64,000 nt of DNA, from IMG/VR virus record IMGVR_UViG_3300005098_000017, positions 83,434 through 147,433 of that record, one strand, 5' to 3'. The stretch's first letter is position 1, and the number at the start of each line of letters is the position of its first letter. This document shows positions 17,743-26,472 of this stretch, piece after piece. The notes beneath the pieces are model-generated. The model saw nothing but the letters and a program-made list of their open reading frames with translations, was not told where the DNA came from and did no database searches. The DNA comes from a virus. The position numbers and the translations under genes are program-made.

Positions 17743-20700
17743 ATGCCAAGGGATATAAGAGTAAGATTCAGGCCTACGTTGGTTACCCCTCAGATAAGAG
17801 GGGGGTTTCCCACGCTGGGTGTTTTGATTATTGGTACGGCTACTGATGGCCCGACAAATGAGCCGGTTATTGTAAGGGGTCTTGAGGAAGCACAGGAGAT
17901 TTTTGGCAACTTAGGTGAGGGGACTCTGCTGGAGGGTTATCATGAATTTATCACAGGTGCTTCACGTGGTGCAGACCTGCGTACTGTTGTGGGGCTTATG
18001 AGACTGGATTTCGGTGAGTATGCTAGTGTGGAGCTACCAGAGCCATCGACGGGTACAGGGCTAAGCGAGCCAATGGGTGCAACGGCGCTTACTATTAGAG
18101 CAAGATATAAAGGTGAAATATACAATATGTTTACCATATCATATAAGGCAGTAGCTGGCGGGTTTGCTGTATCTATAGTTGTGCCAGCTGAGAAAGATCC
18201 ATCAGGAAAAAGCCAAGAATATGTGCTTCTTTGTGACCCATCAGGTAGTAATACAGAGCTTATAAATAATCTTACGGAGCTGGCTAATGCTATTAATCAT
18301 CATCCAGTGCTGGCACGTTGGTTGTATGCGGAGGTAAACCTTCTTGATAGTAGATATTCAACGTATATATCCAATGGATTTTATTCGGGAGCTGGTGAGT
18401 CATTTAATGCGTGGGGTGTAGGATATAATGATACTGATAAGGTTATAGATTTTGTGAGCCGATTTAGTGGTTCGCCTAGTAGTGATGTTTTGGATTCAGG
18501 TGGTGACGATACATTAGGACAGTATCATCCTTATACGATATTTGGGACGACTCCTGTCAATGTTAGGGCCACATCACTTGACAACATACAAAATATAAGG
18601 AATTTTGGAAAACTGGCATTGTATGATGTGTCTGTAGATGCGAATACAAAGATTGCCAATTTAGGTGTCTATCCTCTTATACAGACCAAAGCCGGTGCAA
18701 CAAAATTTTATCCCATAAGCGCATATAATGATTATGATGATGATGGTATGTATATTGATGTACCTAATTATCTAAGGAATTGGGACACCCCCGCGACAGC
18801 TAAATATCTTATACCGGGTAGATTTCCTGTATCGGAGGCTGTCTTCTATATGGATGTGATTCTGAACCCCAGCGGGGCTTCAGGGGATGTGAATTATGTC
18901 GAAACTAATATGTTCCTGCCTGTGGATGTTTATGGTGATGTATCACTAGCTAATCTTATTAATGCATCAAGTGTTAGTGATACAAGACGGTTTAGTTATA
19001 AATGGATAATACAGACAGAAGCCGGGACGGTTTATGATAGTGGGGCATCTACTTATACAGGTTGGATGTTGCCTCTTTTCCATTCTCCAATGTCATCTAT
19101 CGGTGGATTAATATTATTCCATCAGAAAGATGGATCGCCGGTTGATGAGTTGGATACGATATTTGGTTCATGGAAATATCTCTATTTAGGTGTGCCTTCA
19201 CAGGTAGGTGGATCAGCGCCTGATTGGTATTCTACGACACCGGATGCAGCTACATTAAAACTTATTGATACAGGGGATAGTGAGAAGGTCCATATAGGTT
19301 TGGGTCCTGCATCAGCATTTTTCACGAAGACTGATGTAACGAGCCATTATGGTAATGAGACATCACCGGATGAGAATTATACTAATGCCATAAATACGGA
19401 TGTAAAAGATTTTGATGGTTCATATTCAGGTAATGAGTTCAAGCTCTATTATTCAACGGATGGTTCATCTTGGCATGAGATCCCTTTGTATTATGAATAT
19501 GATGGCAAATATTGTTCTGGCCTTACATTAGAGTGGACATTTAATGGTCAAACAGATCTGGCCGCCTTAACTGATTTGAATACATTCAAGATCAAATTCT
19601 TTGATGGGATCACATGGTCCTCGGAGGATGATCCCGAGATCAAAGAAATCCAGTCGAAGTATCCATTCCTTGAGGTTGCGAAGGATACCAGCACTGGTGA
19701 ATATTATCTCGTAATAGCTGCTGGAACAAGAATAAGACTAACGGGTTATACACCGAAGGTTATGTTGAAGTACCTGCCTTCGAGAGCGGCGCTTAATGAC
19801 TGGTATGAGTATACTGTCTATCAGGATAGGATTGAGTTTGGTACACCTTATCCATACACAATTAAATTCAAGGTTCATTATCTCAAGGAGTTTGTTGAGA
19901 ATGTTGATTACATATATGATTCCGCACAAGGTACATTCCAGATGCTTGACTCTGAATTGATACCACCTGATAAGCTAACATTGCTGTATATGGATTATCA
20001 GTTTGAGCCTGAGTGGTTTGATACATCTCGTATCTATACATTATCAGGTGGTTCATCTGGGTTTGAGAGGGCGCGGCCTCTTGAATACTATGCAAAGTTC
20101 CGTACGGCTTTGCAAGCTATAAGCACAGATGATAGATTTGACATTATAGTGCCGAAGGGTGCTTATATAGACACAGTTGATGAGGTATATGATGCATCTA
20201 TATCTTCGACGACATATGTTAATGTAGGCTATGTGGATCTCTTTGATGAGTTTACGCAGAAACGTGCTGATGATGGCAACCCAACGATTGTTATCCTAGC
20301 AGCGGAACCTTATAAACCTGAGACAGCTATTGTAGGTTATACCCGTGAGGGTATAGCTAATTGGGTAACAAGGATGACCGATACTACATCAATTGATCCC
20401 CGTTCGCCGGCGGGCTTAATTGCCTCTGTGACTGACAATCCAATGATGTGTGTTACTGTTGTACCGATAGCACTTATAGCACCGGGCGGCGCTTATTACA
20501 TATCGGATGGAGCTGCATTCCTTGCGGGTCTTGCTGCAAGATTCCATTATGTGCCCCGCACTGCAGCTAATGAGAGTCTTTACAACCTTGCACTTCCTAA
20601 TGGTGTCAGACCTGCGTTTAGATTATCGGAGTCGCAGGTTGATGCATTGCTCAACATGCGTTACATAGTGTTCCACATGGGTCAGGATGGAGCGCCGCGG

Positions 20701-21027
20701 CTTATGAGAGATACAACACTTGCCCAGCCATTTAGTTCATTGAGTGCGCTAACCCACCTAGCTGTGTTGCTGCGTATTAAGCAGGGATTTATAAGAAGGC
20801 TGCGGCCTCATATCGGTAAGATCGTTAACGCTCAGACGAAGATGGAGGTTGATGCAGCTATAACATCCGAGTTGGCACTATGGCAGAAGAGTGGGATTAT
20901 ACAGCAGGCTATAGTTGATATTGATTGGGCAAGTCTTGAAGGTACATTGGGAGTATTACCAGTGCATATTACGATTGTGAGATCACCCATTCTGAAGGGT
21001 GTTGAAATAGATATTGTTGTGCGGTAA
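17743..21027 (+). CDS. Contractile tail sheath protein with a large internal insertion, 1094 aa
   Basis: N-terminal VLIIGTATDGPTNEPV..EAQEIFG; ALTIRARYKGEIYN; TLSGGSSG; C-terminal sheath motifs DGAAFLAGLAA, LSESQVDALL, LRPHIGK, ILKGVEIDIVV. Confidence 0.9.
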   Translation: MPRDIRVRFRPTLVTPQIRGGFPTLGVLIIGTATDGPTNEPVIVRGLEEAQEIFGNLGEGTLLEGYHEFITGASRGADLRTVVGLMRLDFGEYASVELPEPSTGTGLSEPMGATALTIRARYKGEIYNMFTISYKAVAGGFAVSIVVPAEKDPSGKSQEYVLLCDPSGSNTELINNLTELANAINHHPVLARWLYAEVNLLDSRYSTYISNGFYSGAGESFNAWGVGYNDTDKVIDFVSRFSGSPSSDVLDSGGDDTLGQYHPYTIFGTTPVNVRATSLDNIQNIRNFGKLALYDVSVDANTKIANLGVYPLIQTKAGATKFYPISAYNDYDDDGMYIDVPNYLRNWDTPATAKYLIPGRFPVSEAVFYMDVILNPSGASGDVNYVETNMFLPVDVYGDVSLANLINASSVSDTRRFSYKWIIQTEAGTVYDSGASTYTGWMLPLFHSPMSSIGGLILFHQKDGSPVDELDTIFGSWKYLYLGVPSQVGGSAPDWYSTTPDAATLKLIDTGDSEKVHIGLGPASAFFTKTDVTSHYGNETSPDENYTNAINTDVKDFDGSYSGNEFKLYYSTDGSSWHEIPLYYEYDGKYCSGLTLEWTFNGQTDLAALTDLNTFKIKFFDGITWSSEDDPEIKEIQSKYPFLEVAKDTSTGEYYLVIAAGTRIRLTGYTPKVMLKYLPSRAALNDWYEYTVYQDRIEFGTPYPYTIKFKVHYLKEFVENVDYIYDSAQGTFQMLDSELIPPDKLTLLYMDYQFEPEWFDTSRIYTLSGGSSGFERARPLEYYAKFRTALQAISTDDRFDIIVPKGAYIDTVDEVYDASISSTTYVNVGYVDLFDEFTQKRADDGNPTIVILAAEPYKPETAIVGYTREGIANWVTRMTDTTSIDPRSPAGLIASVTDNPMMCVTVVPIALIAPGGAYYISDGAAFLAGLAARFHYVPRTAANESLYNLALPNGVRPAFRLSESQVDALLNMRYIVFHMGQDGAPRLMRDTTLAQPFSSLSALTHLAVLLRIKQGFIRRLRPHIGKIVNAQTKMEVDAAITSELALWQKSGIIQQAIVDIDWASLEGTLGVLPVHITIVRSPILKGVEIDIVVR

Positions 21028-21052
21028 GATTGGTGGAAGGAATATCAAGTAG

Positions 21053-21089
21053 AAGGCCCTCCGTATGAAGCGGGGGGCCTTTTTGTTTT
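21053..21089 (+). terminator. Rho-independent terminator after the sheath gene
   Basis: Stem AAGGCCCTCCG / CGGGGGGCCTT with a 7-nt loop, followed by TTTGTTTT. Confidence 0.85.
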
Positions 21090-21105
21090 GGTATGTTGTC
21101 TTGAG

Positions 21106-21339
21106 ATGAAAGATGTGAAGATATACATTGATGATGGTATTTTATATGTGGAATTTCATGAGTTCTACGATCGGGCCGATATATTGATTTATGATGTGAA
21201 GGGCCGGCTTATTCATGAAGGGACTGCGGCCGGCTTAAGCGTCTATACATATGACATGTCTCGTTATGCAAGTGGTCCTTACATTGTTGTTATTTTGGTT
21301 AGTGGTAGAAAATATAGTAAGGTAGTCACATTGCATTAG
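21106..21339 (+). CDS. Standalone T9SS (Por secretion) type-A C-terminal sorting domain-like / FlgD-type Ig protein, 77 aa
   Basis: Matches the CTD pattern: ILIYDVKGRLI .. YDMSRYASGPYIVVI .. KYSKVVTLH*; start moved to ATG 21106. Confidence 0.75.
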   Translation: MKDVKIYIDDGILYVEFHEFYDRADILIYDVKGRLIHEGTAAGLSVYTYDMSRYASGPYIVVILVSGRKYSKVVTLH

Positions 21340-21354
21340 TATTAGGAGGTTATT

Positions 21355-22212
21355 ATGGGACTGACATTAAGTTCTAATAAATATGCTAAGACATTTAATT
21401 CCTTTTCAGGTGCTGATATATTCATAATCTTTGAAAATGCTACTGTTGGGACAATAACCCAGCTATCTTGGAATATAACGAGGGAGAAGGCCCCTCTTTA
21501 TGTTCTTGGCCATGTTGATGCTGTGGGTACATCACGTGGTAAGAGAAGCATTGCTGGTTCACTTACAGGTCTAATCTTTGACCGTTGGACACTCTTTGAT
21601 CTGGCATGGGGATCTGACATTACAGGTGAAGGTGGCCGTACCGGTGAGTATGCTGAGTATGCAAGGAAGACGGGTGATATCTTGGTGCCGGGTGATTTGA
21701 TGTTTGTGGATTATGCTGATATATATGGCACTGATGTAGCACCGGGTACTAGAGCATGGCCTGTAGGTGGTGGCGGGTCTGCTGAGGAAGCATGGAAGAA
21801 GATGCTTGGTTGGGAGCCTAGTAGGGTTGTATATGCTGACCAAATGCTACCATGTGATGTAACGATTGTTGGTATTAATGAGGCAGGTAATTTTATGGTT
21901 TCGAGGATTTTTGGTATAGATTTGCTATCAACAGGTGCTGGTATATCAATTGATGATGTAACTATGGAGGAGCAGTATACATGGTTTGCTATGTCAATGC
22001 TACCATTTTTACCGAGGTATACAGGCGGTGAAGGTACTGGCTTAGAACTTTATAATCTCCTTAAGGAGTATTGGGGACTACCGGGTTCAGAGATGGCGTC
22101 GTTAAAGTCAGCTATGGAGACAATAGCTAGAGCAAGTCGTTCTGGTTTAGGTACTGGTAGCACTACTGGTGGAACAGGTACTGGAGGAACTGGTACTGGT
22201 GGAGGAGGTTGA
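21355..22212 (+). CDS. Tail tube protein (most likely the major one) with a Gly/Thr-rich C-terminal tail
   Basis: Follows the sheath; strong SD; motifs FNSFSGADI, ITREKAPLYVLG, RGKRSIAGSL, YADQMLPCDVTI, GISIDDVTMEEQYTWFA. Confidence 0.75.
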   Translation: MGLTLSSNKYAKTFNSFSGADIFIIFENATVGTITQLSWNITREKAPLYVLGHVDAVGTSRGKRSIAGSLTGLIFDRWTLFDLAWGSDITGEGGRTGEYAEYARKTGDILVPGDLMFVDYADIYGTDVAPGTRAWPVGGGGSAEEAWKKMLGWEPSRVVYADQMLPCDVTIVGINEAGNFMVSRIFGIDLLSTGAGISIDDVTMEEQYTWFAMSMLPFLPRYTGGEGTGLELYNLLKEYWGLPGSEMASLKSAMETIARASRSGLGTGSTTGGTGTGGTGTGGGG

Positions 22213-23387
22213 TGAGATTAGAGGATGCTGAAAGCAAGCAGTATGTATTTAGTTTTAGTGGTGCTGATTATATACCATTTGCTTTTGTGGGGGGGCGGCT
22301 TCGTGCGCTCCCCCTTGTTATGACGATAACGGCTTCTTTCGTTGCTGACCAAGCGCCGGCCTTAACCCTTGGTAGTAAGGTACCATTAACGATACGACCT
22401 GGTCATGTTACTGTCGCGGGCTCCATTATAGGAGCTGTCAGTGATGTACACCCTCTCTTTCCATTGACATCATTGTTTGTTAGGGATGTGCGCTTCGGTA
22501 CTGATGTTGCGCTAAGGACATATGAATTACCCCTTTTTGATATTATTATTGTTGGTATTAATGAGGTAGGTAGGACAACTGTTGCGAAGGTTTATGGTGC
22601 GCGTATTCAGCAGGGAGGATATACATATTCAATCCAGGATCTTTACACAGAGACAACATTTCAATATAGGGCGTTGGATATGGATGAACCTCAGGTAGCA
22701 CCTGTTATGGAAGGTGAGATGATGCATTATATCAATCCAGCCATATTTTTTGACCGGCTTAATAGGATTCCTATCTTAGCGAAGAATAAAGCGGAGGTTG
22801 GTGCTGTATTGGGTGTTATATTATCATTGCGTGCGAAACTTATTGACATCTATGACAAGATTGCTAATGCAAAGAGCATAGAAGAGCGTGAGCATTGGTT
22901 GCAGGAAGCTAAAAATGTGCAGGAAGAAATCCGCAGGTATGAGGATGCGCTTAATACGACATTGAGGTTATATTCGAGGACTGTTATATCAGGTAATCAA
23001 TTTGCGGATGCTGTATTTGGGGATTTGGTTTGGCCGCGGGATTTGAAGTATGTTGAAGTGGAGAAATCTTATGTATATCCGCAGCGTTATTATGCATCTG
23101 TTGGGGATACACAGAAGATTGGTACCTATCAGTGGCGTTCTGAACATGAGACTGATATGTGGAATATATATACCTATTTCCAACAGATTTATATAATGTT
23201 ACGAGATTCGTATCGAAAAGGAGATGTACCTATGCATGATTTATATAGGAGGTGCTTAGATTTCCGTGCGAAGTTAATAAGTGCTATGTCAACCTTTAAG
23301 GAGGATAAATATTTACATCCATATTATGGTGAAGCTTTATTGAAGCGTTATGATGAGTTAATTAAGCAGATAAGAGAGAGACTATGA
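22212..23387 (+). CDS. Tail-tube-like paralogue with a C-terminal coiled-coil extension
   Basis: Shares SFSGAD, AGSII, FDIIIVGINE(V/A)G and (Y/I)SI.D..TE..(F/Y)..(R/F)A with the preceding gene; TGATG coupling. Confidence 0.7.
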   Translation: MRLEDAESKQYVFSFSGADYIPFAFVGGRLRALPLVMTITASFVADQAPALTLGSKVPLTIRPGHVTVAGSIIGAVSDVHPLFPLTSLFVRDVRFGTDVALRTYELPLFDIIIVGINEVGRTTVAKVYGARIQQGGYTYSIQDLYTETTFQYRALDMDEPQVAPVMEGEMMHYINPAIFFDRLNRIPILAKNKAEVGAVLGVILSLRAKLIDIYDKIANAKSIEEREHWLQEAKNVQEEIRRYEDALNTTLRLYSRTVISGNQFADAVFGDLVWPRDLKYVEVEKSYVYPQRYYASVGDTQKIGTYQWRSEHETDMWNIYTYFQQIYIMLRDSYRKGDVPMHDLYRRCLDFRAKLISAMSTFKEDKYLHPYYGEALLKRYDELIKQIRERL

Positions 23388-25390
23388 TAGTCCGCCGTTT
23401 TGTAAACACTAACATATATAAGAATCTACAGGAGAAGCAGGGCATAACAGACAATGATGGTACTGTTTCCTATAAGCCGGCTGAGGAAACGACTTTTGAT
23501 ATACCTTATTTAGAGGATTTTTATACCCCTGCGCTTATTACGCTTTACTTTGATGGCATAAGGATAGCTGAGGCTGTTTTTGTGGAATATGTTTATAATG
23601 ATCAGAAGATACCTGTTTATGGTTATGGGGATCGTTATGTTCGTGCATTTGAGGAGGGGCATCATTTAATAAGCGGGCGCATGGGGTTTTTATTTAAGGA
23701 GACGGCTTATTTATCGAGTGTTATTGATTTGGTATCAGGAAGCCGGCTTATTACCACACCCGGAGGTGAAAGTGCTGTATATGCATTGCTGCAGAGAGTA
23801 CTGAGCGATCCTGAGGTTAATGAAAAAGTTGAATATATGAGGCAGATTTTGACATCGGTATTTGGGTTGGAGCCCTTCAAGGTTGGGCAGCTTAATGCTA
23901 ATCAGATGATTAATTTATTAAAGATTTATAAGTCTGTTATTTATATGACTGTGAATCCCCGCTATGGCGCCACAGGTCCTTTGGTGACAGAGGCAATGAA
24001 CAGTAGCGAAGCGCTTAGTTCTCCCTCATCGCCACTGGTATGGAAGATCGGCTCGCCTCATGTTATATCGGCAATGTTAGATATGGAGGATGTCTTTGGT
24101 GAGGTGGCTATTGAAGGATTGTGGGAATCAGTGGAAGATGCATTATGGAGTAAGGAGGTGCCGGGCTTAGACATTGCACCCATCGTAGAGCATGATTTAG
24201 GTTATACAGGTTATGGGTATGTAATATCTGACAAAACATTTGATGTTTTTATAAGGTATGGTGCTGATGGATCAAGCATTACAGACCATACAGTTGAGGT
24301 TATCAATGATGTCCATCTTGTATCAAGTGGCAAGAGCATCAATGTTGGCTCGCCTGATCTTGTTGTTGAGGTTTTGGAGTTCATAGCGCGCACTAACAAT
24401 CGGCGGCTTAATATCTACCAGCATAAACAGGTATCGGAGACGGATGAGCTTATTCCACCGCAAATGGATAGTGGTATGAGCGAGGGGAAGAAGTATTTTA
24501 GTTATAAGAAAGAAGAAATGGAGAATGCGAGGGTCGGGGATCAGGAAAAGGAGAAATATAGAAAGCTTTCAGAAGAGGAATTGAAAGAAATGCGGGCTAC
24601 CTTGTGCGGTCGTTGTATTGATGAAAGATGTAGTATCAAGGTGGGTAGTTTTGGGTTTAACACGTTGAAAGATAGCTTGTTTGAACATACAGGTATAACA
24701 TTAGATATTAGCTATCGAGGTGAGACTCATTTTGGTCCTTTGGTCATATATGAAAAACCGACATTTACTTTGAGTGTGGAGAAGACAGTTGATAATTTGT
24801 TGGCTAATATTGCAAAATTATCGCAGGCTGCTACAAGGGGATCATTGGGTGGATTTGTAGTAGAGAAAGGTTTGTTGGAAGTTGTGTGGGGGCAGCATCC
24901 TAAACTTGAGCAGCAGGGCCCTCATAAAGTAAGGACAGTTGGTTGTCCTTTTGCGTTTGCGGAGGCGGTTGTAGAAAATTTGAAGCCATCATTTTGTTTA
25001 CGCTACTTGAATGCTCTTTTAAGGTATAGTGCCCCACCGAGTGCTATTATTGATGATTTGCGTGCTATTTTAGATTATGTTACTTCGCATTCAGGTATCG
25101 CAAGTTTGAAGTTTCCTATAGCTATTGCTATGGCTGGTCATGGTGATGAGTTTAATAAAAACATTTCGCAATATATGAAAGGGGTTCATGTGCCACAATT
25201 TGATGTATATGATGGATTAAAGATAAGTGTAAAAAAAGCACTACTACAAATAAATGAAGGGGAAAATACTCCTTATAAATTGGCTGTTTTGCCGTTGTAC
25301 ATAATTATGATTGATTTAGCTGACCGTGAATCGGTATTGAATTTTAAAAATAAGCTTGACACATGGACATTCCATCATTATTATTACTGA
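23384..25390 (+). CDS. Third tube-like / tube-initiator paralogue with insertions, 668 aa
   Basis: Split tube-like motifs: FYTPALITLYFDG, QKIPVYGYG..EGHHLISG, then FDVFIRYG..INDVHLVSSGKSI..VEVLEFIAR. Confidence 0.6.
   Translation: MIVRRFVNTNIYKNLQEKQGITDNDGTVSYKPAEETTFDIPYLEDFYTPALITLYFDGIRIAEAVFVEYVYNDQKIPVYGYGDRYVRAFEEGHHLISGRMGFLFKETAYLSSVIDLVSGSRLITTPGGESAVYALLQRVLSDPEVNEKVEYMRQILTSVFGLEPFKVGQLNANQMINLLKIYKSVIYMTVNPRYGATGPLVTEAMNSSEALSSPSSPLVWKIGSPHVISAMLDMEDVFGEVAIEGLWESVEDALWSKEVPGLDIAPIVEHDLGYTGYGYVISDKTFDVFIRYGADGSSITDHTVEVINDVHLVSSGKSINVGSPDLVVEVLEFIARTNNRRLNIYQHKQVSETDELIPPQMDSGMSEGKKYFSYKKEEMENARVGDQEKEKYRKLSEEELKEMRATLCGRCIDERCSIKVGSFGFNTLKDSLFEHTGITLDISYRGETHFGPLVIYEKPTFTLSVEKTVDNLLANIAKLSQAATRGSLGGFVVEKGLLEVVWGQHPKLEQQGPHKVRTVGCPFAFAEAVVENLKPSFCLRYLNALLRYSAPPSAIIDDLRAILDYVTSHSGIASLKFPIAIAMAGHGDEFNKNISQYMKGVHVPQFDVYDGLKISVKKALLQINEGENTPYKLAVLPLYIIMIDLADRESVLNFKNKLDTWTFHHYYY
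25356..25384 (+). promoter_or_regulatory. Near-consensus sigma70-type promoter
   Basis: TTGACA (25356-25361), 17-bp spacer, TATTAT (25379-25384), about 33 nt upstream of ATG 25418. Confidence 0.7.
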
Positions 25391-25417
25391 TGTTAAATCT
25401 TAACAAAGGGGTGGTAT

Positions 25418-26095
25418 ATGGATCCCAAAGAGTATAAACAGCAGCATGGTGTTGATATTTTTGCGGTTGGTTGTAATGTTCTGAAAAATACTTATAAGGC
25501 ATATTTTCCTATTATGTCTGTTGCTGATCTTACGACTGATGTTATGTATAATGACCCTGCGCGGGTTCATCTATTAAATGTTGTCCGTAACCTTGTTGAA
25601 AAGATAAGTTTAGGAACGATGACTGATGATGATTTGGTTGCTGTCATGGGTGGTTGCATTCATCTCGAAAAGAATATGCAACCTATTGATCCGATGTCTG
25701 TAGAGAATGCTATAGCTAAGCTCTTAGCTGAACGGTGGATTACTGCGATGGGCTTCTTTGATACACCGCGGGTTTATGTTGCTGAGGTGGATGGGCAAAC
25801 ATGCGATGTTGTTGAAACTGTTTATGCAGGTAAGGTTTACAAAATTTATCTAAAGCCTATATCAGGTGACAATGATCCTCGTATTGAGCATGTGTTGAAG
25901 GTCTTGGGTAGAGAGTATACGATTGATCAGACATATGATGTATTTAGAAGCTCGGTTGTGAAGGTTGAAGCCGCGCCCTTTGGGCAGCTATCGTTTGAGG
26001 ATGTTGAACTTAATGATAAAGTGCTGTTTGCAAGTGCTGTTATGGCGTGGATTGAGAATACAGGTAGCATTGAATATGATTACGAAATTATATAA
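25418..26095 (+). CDS. Probable tail assembly chaperone
   Basis: Between tube genes and the tape-measure-like giants; N-terminus KEYKQQHGVDIF resembles myovirus chaperones. Confidence 0.5.
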   Translation: MDPKEYKQQHGVDIFAVGCNVLKNTYKAYFPIMSVADLTTDVMYNDPARVHLLNVVRNLVEKISLGTMTDDDLVAVMGGCIHLEKNMQPIDPMSVENAIAKLLAERWITAMGFFDTPRVYVAEVDGQTCDVVETVYAGKVYKIYLKPISGDNDPRIEHVLKVLGREYTIDQTYDVFRSSVVKVEAAPFGQLSFEDVELNDKVLFASAVMAWIENTGSIEYDYEII

Positions 26096-26472
26096 TGAAT
26101 CTTATACGTATTAAGTATGAGGATACCACCTATGAATTTAATTATCCCACCCTATTTGATTACTACTTGTTTATTGATGGTCAAAAAGTTCGGGTATTTG
26201 ATCGCCTCGCATTAAAGGATTATAGTATTCCATCAATTAAGAAGGTGCGCATTATAACCATCCTCTTTCGTCACTTCCCCGCCTTTGCTACAGAGGATGA
26301 GGTATTTTCCAATATACCGGATGCTGGTGGTTTAATTTATTTAATACGGGTGTTTGGATATAAACCTCACGAATTATTGCAGTTAAATCCTTATGAGCTT
26401 GATTTTGCGGTAAGGTTGGCGGAATATATAAACAATCCAAAACTAGAGAATGACAGTAGTCCGCAGGAATAA
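26095..26472 (+). CDS. Probable second tail assembly chaperone
   Basis: TAATG coupling; FGYKPHELLQLNPYEL..RLAE resembles the C-terminal chaperone pattern seen before tape-measure genes. Confidence 0.5.
   Translation: MNLIRIKYEDTTYEFNYPTLFDYYLFIDGQKVRVFDRLALKDYSIPSIKKVRIITILFRHFPAFATEDEVFSNIPDAGGLIYLIRVFGYKPHELLQLNPYELDFAVRLAEYINNPKLENDSSPQE

Noticed and set aside
22140-22210. GGTACTGG-like tandem repeat at the end of the tube gene
   Set aside because: Explained by a low-complexity Gly/Thr peptide tail with synonymous variation
25418-26472. Programmed frameshift between the two chaperone-like genes
   Set aside because: No clear X XXY YYZ slippery site seen near the junction; the TAATG overlap is explained by translational coupling
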